This document shows positions 39,886-48,828 of a stretch of 64,000 bases of DNA, piece by piece. This stretch comes from Ignavibacteriota bacterium (GTDB lineage: Bacteria > Bacteroidota > Ignavibacteria > UBA10030 > UBA6906). The stretch lies in contig JACRFA010000113.1 in assembly GCA_016218065.1 (NCBI GenBank), positions 6,458-70,457 on the forward strand, written 5' to 3'. The position numbers and the translations under genes are program-made. The number at the start of each line of letters is the position of its first letter. The stretch's first letter is position 1. The notes under the pieces were generated by a model, which was given only the letters and a program-made list of their open reading frames with translations, ran no database searches and was not told where the DNA came from.

Positions 39886-40539
39886 TTACTTCGTTTCTTT
39901 TCTGTTGTTGATAGATCCGACCGAAATTTTGTTTTCATCGGTGATGATCGCGACCGCTTTGACGAGCTGCTCCTCTTCATCGATTTTCTTCTTCAACCAA
40001 TCCTCGTACTCATCGGCGTCGTTCTTCTGCTGCTTCTTGAGTTCGCGCATGTGTTCTTCGATGACGCCGATTTTCTGTTCGAGGGAAGCGATCTCATTGT
40101 CTCGCTTGATTGTTCGTTCGCGCAGTTTCTTCTGAACAAACTCCTCATACACATCGAGCGCCCGGTCACGATTGACTGCATCGGTGAGAATATCTTCCAG
40201 CGGGATTTTGTTCTCGTGAAGAACGCGCACCAGCGCTTCTTTTGCCTCACGTTTGCTCAACCGGGCGATGTCCTCGGACTGCATGTACGTTGCAACGGAT
40301 TTTGCGCTCCAGCCATGCGCGAACGCCGGAACGTTCATCGTCTCAAAGATCTTCTCGAACGAAACTGAGCGCTCAGGCGCGGATTCGCCCGACGTCAGAC
40401 CCTTGGTCTCGGCAAGCAGCGCTTGAAGCGAAATCGTTCGCGTTTGGATAACATCGACTTCGGGAATGTTCGTTGCGTCCGCAAAGACGATGAGGCCCGT
40501 GCTTGAGACAACCTTCTTGAGCAGCTCGCCAACTCTCAC
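39886..40539 (-). CDS. hypothetical protein with a charged C-terminal coiled coil (PspA-operon member)
   Basis: 217 aa. It overlaps the upstream AAA+ gene by 4 nt. The C-terminal half is rich in E/K heptads (EEHMRELKKQQKNDADEYEDWLKKKIDEEEQL). No family recognised. Confidence 0.55.
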   Translation of the reverse strand: MRVGELLKKVVSSTGLIVFADATNIPEVDVIQTRTISLQALLAETKGLTSGESAPERSVSFEKIFETMNVPAFAHGWSAKSVATYMQSEDIARLSKREAKEALVRVLHENKIPLEDILTDAVNRDRALDVYEEFVQKKLRERTIKRDNEIASLEQKIGVIEEHMRELKKQQKNDADEYEDWLKKKIDEEEQLVKAVAIITDENKISVGSINNRKETK

Positions 40540-42281
40540 ATGTACCTCCGCAATTCATCGATCCGCGTTTCAATCTCTTCCGGCGAAAGATCGGCGTACG
40601 CTGTCGGGAGAAAACTCGCGTCGGTGCATTCCTTGACCGCAACCAGGTCCATGTACTCCAGCTTCTTTGTTTGCGCATTCGGCTTCGCCAAACGCACAAC
40701 TTCCGCGAGCACTTCGGCAAGAGGGCGCGACCCTTGCGAGTCGAGCTCATGCAGGCGCACCGCGCGTATCAGCATCGCCTCGATTTCGTTTCCGCCAAAC
40801 ACCGCTTTCGCGGGGAGCGACGGAATGTCCTCCGGCTTCACCGGGAACTTCAGCTTCTTCGCAATCGCAACAAACATCTCTTTATACTCCTGCGGCGACT
40901 GCGGAGGAAAAAGCGGAACGTGAACATCCAATCGTCCTTGCCGTTTCAAATCGACTTCGAGCAGATCAGGACGCGACGTCGCAAACACCCAGATGATCTT
41001 TCCGCGATTGAGCGTGTTGGACATTTCTTTCGCAAGCATCGCGTACACGCGGCCCGATAATCCCTGATCGCCGCCGCCCGACTCGCGCTTTCCCGTCATC
41101 TGATCTGCTTCGTCAACAAACACCAGCACTTGCCCGAGCGCCCGCAGTATGGCAAAAATACGTTCCAGGTTTCCTTCTGTTGCGCCGACCCACTTGTCGC
41201 GGAAATTTTTCAGCACAACGCACGGAATGCCAAGCTCGCCCGCCCAGCATTGCACGACGAACGTCTTTCCTGTTCCGATGCGTCCGGTGAACAGGTAACC
41301 CATCGGCAACGCGTGCGATTTTCCTTCGCGAATGAGCTTCGCATCCTGACGCAGCCACGTCTTCACCGCCTCATGCCCGGACACAAGATCGAGCGTGAAC
41401 GGCGACTCCATGAACTCCAGCAGTCCCTGACATTCTTTCTCGATGAGATCCTTCTTCATCGATCTCACAAACTGATCGGTCACTCGCTGGCCGTTGTTGA
41501 CAAGAGTTGAGATTGCCGTGCGGGCGCCGATGCGGCTGAGGCCCGTCATGCGTTTCGCGAGAACATCCATGCTCATGTCGCATTGTTCCGTCAGACTCGG
41601 CAACGATGTGCGTTGCAGCCATCGAATGTACTCGCCCATTTCGATTTCACTCGGCAACGGAATTTCAATCTTCGCGCTGTGAGGATTTTCGGCGATGAGT
41701 GAATTGATGTCCGTGAGCTTCTCGGTGATGAGAAACGTCGCGATGTTGCTGCCGAGAATTGTCGGATCGTTGGCCCAGCTCAGCACTTTCACGACATGCG
41801 AGCCGAGTTCGCCGGAGAGATTCAGCGGGTCGCCGCGCGGGACAATGAACTGCGCAAAATCGAGAATCACCGCGACCTTGAGCTTGAAGTCTTTCTCCTG
41901 CTTACTCTTGATCGCTTCGAGGTTGAGCGTGCGCAGCAAGTACAGATCGATCAACTCCAGCGCCTTCGCAGGCTCGCGTGTATTGAATGTTGCCGGTCTG
42001 ATGGCTTCCGGTCCGGCGAGCGACGACAACCACTCGGACCAATCCTTGTCTCCCTGCGTCACGCGAATGCCTTTACCGCGATCGTACGTGATGACGGTGT
42101 CGTATCCTTCCAACATCACCTCCTGAAGAAATTTCTTCAGCGGAAGAAACGAGGGTTCAACCGACGCGTTGCGCGTCGGAACAACATCGAACGTGTTACC
42201 GAAGAGAACAAACTGTGCGACGGAACCCGAACGGAAGAGTTCTCTGAGTTTTTGCGCCCACAAAGGGAGAGTTGATGGCAT
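40536..42281 (-). CDS. AAA+ ATPase (classic-clade AAA domain in the C-terminal half)
   Basis: 581 aa. Walker A GRIGTGKT, Walker B LVFVDEAD, and second region of homology ATSRPDLLEVDLKRQGRLD. The N-terminal ~300 aa have no Walker motifs. Confidence 0.85.
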   Translation of the reverse strand: MPSTLPLWAQKLRELFRSGSVAQFVLFGNTFDVVPTRNASVEPSFLPLKKFLQEVMLEGYDTVITYDRGKGIRVTQGDKDWSEWLSSLAGPEAIRPATFNTREPAKALELIDLYLLRTLNLEAIKSKQEKDFKLKVAVILDFAQFIVPRGDPLNLSGELGSHVVKVLSWANDPTILGSNIATFLITEKLTDINSLIAENPHSAKIEIPLPSEIEMGEYIRWLQRTSLPSLTEQCDMSMDVLAKRMTGLSRIGARTAISTLVNNGQRVTDQFVRSMKKDLIEKECQGLLEFMESPFTLDLVSGHEAVKTWLRQDAKLIREGKSHALPMGYLFTGRIGTGKTFVVQCWAGELGIPCVVLKNFRDKWVGATEGNLERIFAILRALGQVLVFVDEADQMTGKRESGGGDQGLSGRVYAMLAKEMSNTLNRGKIIWVFATSRPDLLEVDLKRQGRLDVHVPLFPPQSPQEYKEMFVAIAKKLKFPVKPEDIPSLPAKAVFGGNEIEAMLIRAVRLHELDSQGSRPLAEVLAEVVRLAKPNAQTKKLEYMDLVAVKECTDASFLPTAYADLSPEEIETRIDELRRYM

Positions 42282-42287
42282 GCGTTC

Positions 42288-43172
42288 CTATGCCGATTCT
42301 GATTGCGACGATCGTACGATTGGTTGTCCCAGAACGGAAGGTGGTTCCTCAACAACATCCTTCACCGCGCCGAAGATGTTCTGCTGCTCCTTGATCCACT
42401 CAGTCGTTTCGCCGAGGCTCGAGCTAACGCTGTCGATGCGAACGGCAATTGCTTGCGAGTCTTTACTGACCGCCGCCTGCTCGCGCAGCAATTCAATCTG
42501 CTGTTCTATTCTATCCAGCTCCGCGTCGATGTAGAGAAGCTTCGATTCCGCTTCGCCAAGAACCGCGAGCCGCTGTTTGAGAATATCGCGCTGGCTTTCG
42601 AGAGACTTCTGCAGCTCAGGCGCAATCTTGTCGGCCTTCACTCGCGCGTCAAGCTGCTGAATTTCTGTTTCCAACTTACCGCGAAACTCCGGCGTGAAGC
42701 TCGACTGCTTGATCATCTGCACGATGCCTTCTTTCGTGAAAAGAAGCTGCAGAAAAATCCAGGCGAAGCGATTCAGGCTTTGTGCATGCTGATCGACGAT
42801 GCCGGGACCGACGTTCAATTGATGCGCATAGAATTCCATGATCGAGCGGCAGCGTTGCTGAAGCGCTTCGAATCGCGTGCGTGCCGGCGGAGTAAGTTTG
42901 CTGATGAGAGAAGACAGCTCGACGTGCTTGTTTGCGGAATCTTGCGCGCGCTGGTGCGCTTGCACCACTTTCTGAAAGCGTTCATTCGTGCCGAGCGAGA
43001 GAAGATACGCCAGTTCAGCGCCGGCGCCGAGTAACAAAAAAGCAGGACTGACGAGAATTCCGAGCATGCCGAACGCCGCCAGCCCGATCCAGTTCGGACT
43101 GACCAGCATTCCTTTCGGCTTCGCATTAAATGCGGAGACTAGATAATCGCTGAGACCGGGAGATTTCGGCAT
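42288..43172 (-). CDS. membrane-anchored coiled-coil protein (first gene of the PspA/AAA+ operon)
   Basis: Start set at MPKSPGLSDYL (ATG at 43172). Two TM helices (WIGLAAFGMLGILVSPAFLLLGAGAELAYLL) are followed by ~200 aa of helical/coiled-coil sequence. The upstream 95 codons of the tracked ORF run through a tandem repeat and are rejected. Confidence 0.6.
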   Translation of the reverse strand: MPKSPGLSDYLVSAFNAKPKGMLVSPNWIGLAAFGMLGILVSPAFLLLGAGAELAYLLSLGTNERFQKVVQAHQRAQDSANKHVELSSLISKLTPPARTRFEALQQRCRSIMEFYAHQLNVGPGIVDQHAQSLNRFAWIFLQLLFTKEGIVQMIKQSSFTPEFRGKLETEIQQLDARVKADKIAPELQKSLESQRDILKQRLAVLGEAESKLLYIDAELDRIEQQIELLREQAAVSKDSQAIAVRIDSVSSSLGETTEWIKEQQNIFGAVKDVVEEPPSVLGQPIVRSSQSESA

Positions 43173-43411
43173 CGTGTGTGCGTGAGGATACTTGTGCCTG
43201 CACATAATATCAAAAAGCGATCTGAGAATCAAAAGCATTGCGGATTGTCGGTTTCCGATTTCTGATTTTTGCCCTCCGACGTCAGACCACTGACCTCTCG
43301 TTGTTATGGGCTTCAGACTGGCCTGCCTGCTCAACGAGTCGAGTCTTCGACCGGCAGGCAGGTGTTCCACGTCCAGATTGCATTCAGTGCCATCACTCCA
43401 ACACTCCATTA

Positions 43412-43459
43412 CTCCACCATTCCACGGCTCCACCATTCCACGGCTCCACCACTCCACGA
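43412..43459 (+). repeat. 16-bp tandem repeat (3 units) within a longer C/A-rich degenerate repeat tract
   Basis: CTCCACCATTCCACGG occurs twice, followed by CTCCACCACTCCACGA. It is embedded in a 43391-43485 tract of CTCCA/ATCCA-type units, in the divergent intergenic region. Confidence 0.85.
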
Positions 43460-43544
43460 CTCTATCACTCCATCACTCTACTCCGGGATTGTTGGATTCC
43501 CTGCTCTTTCTCATTATCTTTCACACGCGAACGACTTATCCTCC

Positions 43545-44537
43545 ATGCACTCTCAATCAGATTTTCATCTCAAAAAACAAGCGGCCACAATTTCGTTGTC
43601 GGTAGGCTTGCTTATGCTTGTGATGAAAACGTCCGCGTACTTTCTCACGCATTCCACCGCGATTCTCTCCGATGCACTGGAATCGATTGTCCATGTTGCT
43701 GCGACGGCGATGGCGTTGTACAGCGTAGTGCTCAGCGCCCGCCCCGCCGACGAATCGCATCCCTACGGACATGGCAAGATTGAATTCTTCTCCGCCGGCA
43801 CGGAAGGCGGACTGATTGTTGTTGCCGCGCTCGTGATCATCTTCGAAGCGGTGCGCGGCATTCTCTTCGGCAGAGAACTCGCGCAGCTTGATCTCGGCCT
43901 CATGCTGACGCTGATCGCGTCGCTCGTCAACCTTTGGCTCGGCTGGTTCCTCATCAAGCGCGGCAGACGCACAAAGTCGCTCACGCTCATCGCCGATGGC
44001 AAGCATGTGCTCACGGACTCGTGGACAAGCTTCGGCGTCGTGGTCGGCTTGGTGCTCGTGCGACTTACCGGCATCGAACTGTTCGACCCGCTTGTTGCCA
44101 TCGGCGTTGCAGTGAACATTCTGTTTTCGGGCTACACGCTGGTCCGACTCTCCGTCGGCGGGCTGATGGATGAATCGGATCGCACAACGCTTGAGCATGT
44201 GGTGGATATTATCAACACGCGGCGAACGCCTGAATGGATCAACGTGCACCATCTGCGCGTCATGCGCTCGGGTCAACTCGCCCACGTCGATTTTCATTTG
44301 ACCATTCCCTTCTACTGGAACGTAAAGCAGGCCGATGCTTTCGCGCACGCTATCGATGCACACCTCGCCGGCGGATTGGAGAGTCAGGCAAAAGTCTTGA
44401 CGCATCTCGATCCCTGCGTTCCCGCATGTTGCCCGATGTGCGGTGTTGCTCAGTGCGATCATCGAACGATGGAGTTCGCGGCGGCCCCGCGATGGGATGT
44501 TCAGGCGCTCGTCGGAAAACCGCCGTACCGCCAATGA
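43545..44537 (+). CDS. cation diffusion facilitator (CDF) family transporter
   Basis: Start at MHSQSDFHLKK (ATG at 43545). Six TM helices with the CDF signature (HVAATAM ... HPYGHGKIEF ... DSWTS). Cys-rich C-terminal tail. Confidence 0.85.
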   Translation: MHSQSDFHLKKQAATISLSVGLLMLVMKTSAYFLTHSTAILSDALESIVHVAATAMALYSVVLSARPADESHPYGHGKIEFFSAGTEGGLIVVAALVIIFEAVRGILFGRELAQLDLGLMLTLIASLVNLWLGWFLIKRGRRTKSLTLIADGKHVLTDSWTSFGVVVGLVLVRLTGIELFDPLVAIGVAVNILFSGYTLVRLSVGGLMDESDRTTLEHVVDIINTRRTPEWINVHHLRVMRSGQLAHVDFHLTIPFYWNVKQADAFAHAIDAHLAGGLESQAKVLTHLDPCVPACCPMCGVAQCDHRTMEFAAAPRWDVQALVGKPPYRQ

Positions 44538-44601
44538 CTGTGCCGAGCATCAACCCAACTCATTCGTGACGCATGTATGTTGCACCGCATTTCTTCGCGA
44601 C

Positions 44602-44904
44602 ATGAGCCCACAACTGTTATCTACGAGCACGCTGATTATGGACGAACGAATAACGCATTTCATCTCGGAAGCTGAAAAGAATATCGAATCGCGACAGTAC
44701 GGTGCGGCGCTTGAAGCATTGGCTGCAGCCGAGACCATCGATCCCGAGAACAAGTCGGTAGAGATGATCAAGAATTTGGTGAAGTCGCTTCAGGTTGATG
44801 TCGGATCTCTGACGAAGCATCCTACAACGGCGGCAACGGTGAGCGCCAACGTTATCCCCGGCTCGTTCTTCGACAAGTTGAGGAACGGAAAATTTCTGAA
44901 GTAG
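44602..44904 (+). CDS. hypothetical small protein
   Basis: Only the downstream part of ORF 44443-44904 is free of overlap with the CDF gene. Start uncertain (ATG at 44602 or 44638). No family recognised. Confidence 0.3.
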   Translation: MSPQLLSTSTLIMDERITHFISEAEKNIESRQYGAALEALAAAETIDPENKSVEMIKNLVKSLQVDVGSLTKHPTTAATVSANVIPGSFFDKLRNGKFLK

Positions 44905-45022
44905 GTCGGCGCAACTTTTTCTTCGGGCGTCTTTGCTATTTGCAGGGACGCCCATTATTTTAGGTGCGGAACTTAATTGCGCTCGATGCGTATTTGAAGC
45001 CACACGACCACACCTTCTGAAC

Positions 45023-47359
45023 ATGAAACGACTTTATCTGCTTCTTCTCACACTTATCAGCACACACGCCGGAGCGCAGGAACTCTTCACGCTGCGCGGA
45101 ACCATCAAGAATGCGGCGACACGCGAGCAGCTGCCGGCTGCGAACATCCGTCTTGCCGGCACGTCGCATGGCACAGTAGCAAACGCCGATGGAGAATTCC
45201 GGCTGTTGTTGAGAGAAGGAACCTACACTCTCATTGTCAGCAGTCTCGCATACAAGCCGGACACATCAACGGTCGCAGTGCACGCCGACACACGACACGA
45301 CATCGCCCTCACCCCCGCCGATATCGTTCTCCCCGAAGTTGTCGTCACGTCCGAAGATCCTGCGGTCGAGATCATGCGCCGCGCAATCGCCAACAAGAAG
45401 AAATGGATGGATCGCCTGCAGTCGTTCACGTTCGAGGCGTTTACGCGTCAGGTTCTGAAACGTGACACGGCCATCGCCAGCATCACCGAGTCGTTCACGA
45501 CCGGATACTGGCAACAGAGCGACACGCTTCGTGAAATCGTCAAGCAGAAAAGGCAAACGAAGAATGTGAAGTCGGAATTCAATTTTGCCTCCGTCGGAAG
45601 AATCCTGAATTTCAATGAAGACGAGATCCGGTTCATCGGGTACACATTCGTCGGCCCGACCGCCGCGGAAGCGTTGGACTATTACGACTACAAGCTGCTG
45701 CGCACACTCTCAAGTCACGGCAAAGACGTGTACGAAATCAGCATGACTCCACGATCGCGGACCGCGCCCCTGTTCGAAGGAACGATTAACATCGCCGGAG
45801 ATTCCTACGCGTTGATGGGCGTTGATGTTCACCCGAACGAATCATTTTCCATCCCGTTCGTCAAAGAGCAATTCCTCCGCTACCGCCAACAGTTTGGTTT
45901 GTACGAACAATCGTTCTGGATGCCGACCGATATTCGGATCGACGTCAGCGCCACAATTGGCATCATCGGCTTCTCGATTCCGCCGATTACATTTTCACAA
46001 ACGTCCGTCATAACAGATTACGCTCTCAATGCGCCGATTCCGGACAGCGTCTTTCAGAAACCGCGACTCACCATCGATACGATTGCGGTCGCGACCATCG
46101 ACTCTGGGTACTGGCATCAGAACAACGTCCTGCCGCTCACCGTGGAAGAAACACAGGCGTACACATCGCTCGACAGCACACAAACGCTTGACGTCCAGTT
46201 TCGTCCGCGCGGAATTTCTTTTCAAGTCGGGATGGGCGATGGAAGCGCACTCGCCTACGGCAATTTTCTTGATGTGTCCTTCAACCGCGTCGAGGGTTTT
46301 CATGGAGGCTTGAAGGCAGAGTTCGACAGTCTCATCAACCAAACCGAGTTTCGCGCAAACATCGCTTACGGTTTTTCAGACAAGCGATGGAAGTACAATT
46401 TCGGAGCAACAGTCTTTGCGACTCGCGACCGCAGGTTTGGAATCGGCATCGACGTGTATCGCAAAATCGATCACCGACCGGATGCGGGATTCTACGGCGA
46501 CATCTACAATTCGCTAACGTCGATCTTCGTCAAGAACGATTACCGAGACTACTATCAAGCCGAAGGGGGAAAACTGTTTTTGACGGCGCGCCCTTCGGAG
46601 ATCGCCCGGTTTGAAATTGCGTTTCTTCAGGAGGAACACGTCTCCGTTTCGCAGCGAAGCGATTTCAGCATCTTTGCGCGCTCGCGATCCTACCGGCCCA
46701 ATCCGCCTGTCAGGATGTTCAAAGAACTGAAGAGTATTCTGCTCGAAGGACGAATCGGGCGAGAGGAAGCGCCGCTCGGAATCGTTTCCTCAAACTCGTT
46801 CGACTTTGCAGTTGAGTCTGGCGACGATGGCAGCCCGTTCGCGCGATATTCCGGCGCGGCGACCTTTTCAGTGCCTACTCTTGGCAGGAGCCGTCTCATT
46901 CCAGCGGCGCTCAGAATGCGCGTCGCCGCAGGAACATCATCCGGTCAACTCCCGCCGCAACGTAAGTTCGATCTCGAATCTGCATCAAGCAACGTCGCGC
47001 CGTTCGGCGTGTTCAAAGCAATGAATGTGAAAGAGTTCGGCGGAACAAGCTTCTTCGCGATCACCATGGAACACAATTTCCGCAGCCTGCCATTCCTTGC
47101 GGTCGGCATTCCATTTCTCTACAAGAACAATATCGAGTTCATTGTCCACGGCGGAGTCGCAAGAACCTGGGATCGCGATCATCTTGACGGCTACATTTAT
47201 GTTTACGGCCAGCCGCCGCTCCAAACAACAGGCGGATGGTACAGCGAGGCGGGATTTGGATTCAGCCGCATCTTCGAATTCCTGCGCGCAGATTTCACGT
47301 GGCGACTCAGTTCGCCTTCGAACTTCCGGTTCACGCTCGGCGTTGCCAATCTCTTTTGA
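45023..47359 (+). CDS. CarboxypepD_reg-domain outer-membrane protein (DUF5686-like)
   Basis: Signal peptide MKRLYLLLLTLISTHAGAQ. The N-terminal carboxypeptidase-regulatory-like domain (LRGTIKNAATREQLPAANIRLAGTSHGTVANADGEF) is followed by a large beta-rich region ending in ...FTLGVANLF. Confidence 0.75.
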   Translation: MKRLYLLLLTLISTHAGAQELFTLRGTIKNAATREQLPAANIRLAGTSHGTVANADGEFRLLLREGTYTLIVSSLAYKPDTSTVAVHADTRHDIALTPADIVLPEVVVTSEDPAVEIMRRAIANKKKWMDRLQSFTFEAFTRQVLKRDTAIASITESFTTGYWQQSDTLREIVKQKRQTKNVKSEFNFASVGRILNFNEDEIRFIGYTFVGPTAAEALDYYDYKLLRTLSSHGKDVYEISMTPRSRTAPLFEGTINIAGDSYALMGVDVHPNESFSIPFVKEQFLRYRQQFGLYEQSFWMPTDIRIDVSATIGIIGFSIPPITFSQTSVITDYALNAPIPDSVFQKPRLTIDTIAVATIDSGYWHQNNVLPLTVEETQAYTSLDSTQTLDVQFRPRGISFQVGMGDGSALAYGNFLDVSFNRVEGFHGGLKAEFDSLINQTEFRANIAYGFSDKRWKYNFGATVFATRDRRFGIGIDVYRKIDHRPDAGFYGDIYNSLTSIFVKNDYRDYYQAEGGKLFLTARPSEIARFEIAFLQEEHVSVSQRSDFSIFARSRSYRPNPPVRMFKELKSILLEGRIGREEAPLGIVSSNSFDFAVESGDDGSPFARYSGAATFSVPTLGRSRLIPAALRMRVAAGTSSGQLPPQRKFDLESASSNVAPFGVFKAMNVKEFGGTSFFAITMEHNFRSLPFLAVGIPFLYKNNIEFIVHGGVARTWDRDHLDGYIYVYGQPPLQTTGGWYSEAGFGFSRIFEFLRADFTWRLSSPSNFRFTLGVANLF

Positions 47360-47461
47360 TTATCGGAAAGCGCGGCAACATCATCGCGAACTCATTCGAC
47401 GCATTTTCTGTTATGAGAGGCAACCAGTCTTCGTTCACATAATCAGGACTCAGTCACTCTT

Positions 47462-48652
47462 ATGCGCTTCATTATTTTTTTCGTCGTCTGGTCAAGCATT
47501 CTCGGACTTGGATATTGGTACGTAGGCAAACGCGTCATCAATGCGGCTCAGTTTACGCACCGGCGCAGAGCCGTTGCATGGGCAGTTGTGGGTCTCTTCT
47601 TCATCGTTCCGCAGGCGCCGTTTCTTTTCTTCCTCAACAGAATTCAGACGACATGGGTTGACGAACTTTCCTTGATAGGGTATCTCGTTCTCGGATTCTT
47701 CACGCTCGTCGTAACGTTTTTCGTCCTGCGCGATCTTGTTCTGCTCATTACGAGAGGAGTTGATTCACTCCACGTCCGTATTCGCAGCGACAAATCACCA
47801 TCCCCCACGTTCAGCAAAGATCGCCGGCGCTTTCTCGTTCACGCGTCCAACATCGGGATCGTCGCCGCATCGGCAGCAATGACCGGTTACGGTCTCATGC
47901 AGGCAAAGCGCACGCCGGCGCTGGAGACAGTGGAGATTCCGCTTGCAGATTTGCCTGAGGAGTTCGACGGATTCCGCATTCTTCAGTTTTCCGATCTGCA
48001 CGTTGGGCCAACGATCAAGCGCGACTACGTCGAGCATGTGGCGCAACAGATTCATGCCGTCAATGCCGACATGATTGCCTTCACCGGCGATCTGGTGGAT
48101 GGAAGTGTTTCCTGGCTGGCCGACGATGTTGCCCCGCTCAAAGAGCTGCATGCACCGTTCGGCAAATTCTTCGTCACCGGCAATCACGAGTATTACTCGG
48201 GAGTCGAAGAATGGGTCGTCGAAGCGGGCCGTCTCGGCTTCGATGTGCTGAACAACGAACATCGCATCATCACGAAAGGCAACGCGCGGGTGATTCTCGC
48301 CGGCGTCACGGATTACGGTGGCGAAGATTTCCTTCGCTCGCATCGATCTGATCCTGCCGCTGCCATTGCCACCGCCCCTCAGCACGTGAAGAAAATTCTT
48401 CTCGCCCATCAACCTCGCAGCATCTTCGCCGCCGAGCAATGCGGATACGATGTACAACTCTCAGGGCACACGCACGGCGGACAATACTTCCCGGGAAATT
48501 ATCTCGCTCGACTCAATCAACCTTACATCACCGGTTTGCATCGGCGCAAGAACACCTCCGTGTATGTCAACCGCGGCGTCGGTTATTGGGGGCCGCCGCT
48601 TCGTCTCGGCGCTCCTCCCGAATTGACGCTGGTGACGCTCAAGAAAGCGTAA
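47462..48652 (+). CDS. membrane-anchored metallophosphoesterase (YkuE/YaeI-like)
   Basis: N-terminal TM helices, then calcineurin-like motifs QFSDLHVG, GDLVDG, GNHEY and SGHTHGGQ. Confidence 0.85.
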   Translation: MRFIIFFVVWSSILGLGYWYVGKRVINAAQFTHRRRAVAWAVVGLFFIVPQAPFLFFLNRIQTTWVDELSLIGYLVLGFFTLVVTFFVLRDLVLLITRGVDSLHVRIRSDKSPSPTFSKDRRRFLVHASNIGIVAASAAMTGYGLMQAKRTPALETVEIPLADLPEEFDGFRILQFSDLHVGPTIKRDYVEHVAQQIHAVNADMIAFTGDLVDGSVSWLADDVAPLKELHAPFGKFFVTGNHEYYSGVEEWVVEAGRLGFDVLNNEHRIITKGNARVILAGVTDYGGEDFLRSHRSDPAAAIATAPQHVKKILLAHQPRSIFAAEQCGYDVQLSGHTHGGQYFPGNYLARLNQPYITGLHRRKNTSVYVNRGVGYWGPPLRLGAPPELTLVTLKKA

Positions 48653-48753
48653 GTCTCGCGATCTGCGGTATTTCCTTAGGAATCTGATCAGTTTCGCGTG
48701 ACAATTAAGATTCATTAAGTTGGAATTCTGAAGATCAAAACCTATATTTGTAC

Positions 48754-48797
48754 CGCTTCGAGCAGTTTGTGTAATGCTTGAGGCGTTTTTTTTCTTT
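48754..48797 (+). terminator. putative intrinsic terminator (or leader hairpin upstream of typA)
   Basis: 11-bp stem CGCTTCGAGCA/TGCTTGAGGCG, including two G-U pairs, followed by TTTTTTTTCTTT. It lies ~100 nt after the phosphoesterase stop and ~35 nt before the typA start. Confidence 0.5.
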
Positions 48798-48828
48798 GGG
48801 GAATGAAGCTTAACGAGCAGAGGTAGCA

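Noticed and set aside
43412-43459. Possible CRISPR array, because of exact short repeats
   Set aside because: The 16-bp units are directly adjacent with no spacers. There are only three units and no cas genes. This is a simple tandem repeat.
43173-43544. N-terminal extensions of ORFs 42288-43457 (-) and 43269-44537 (+), e.g. MEWWSRGMVEPWNGGVMECW / ...HYSTIPRLHHSTAPPLHDS...
   Set aside because: Both extensions run through the tandem/degenerate repeat tract in the divergent intergenic region. Internal ATGs (43172 and 43545) give proteins that begin right before the first TM helices. The extensions are repeat-translation artefacts.
43557-44534. 325-aa minus-strand ORF opposite the CDF transporter gene
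   Set aside because: It is an antisense shadow ORF. The plus-strand frame shows six TM helices and CDF signature residues.
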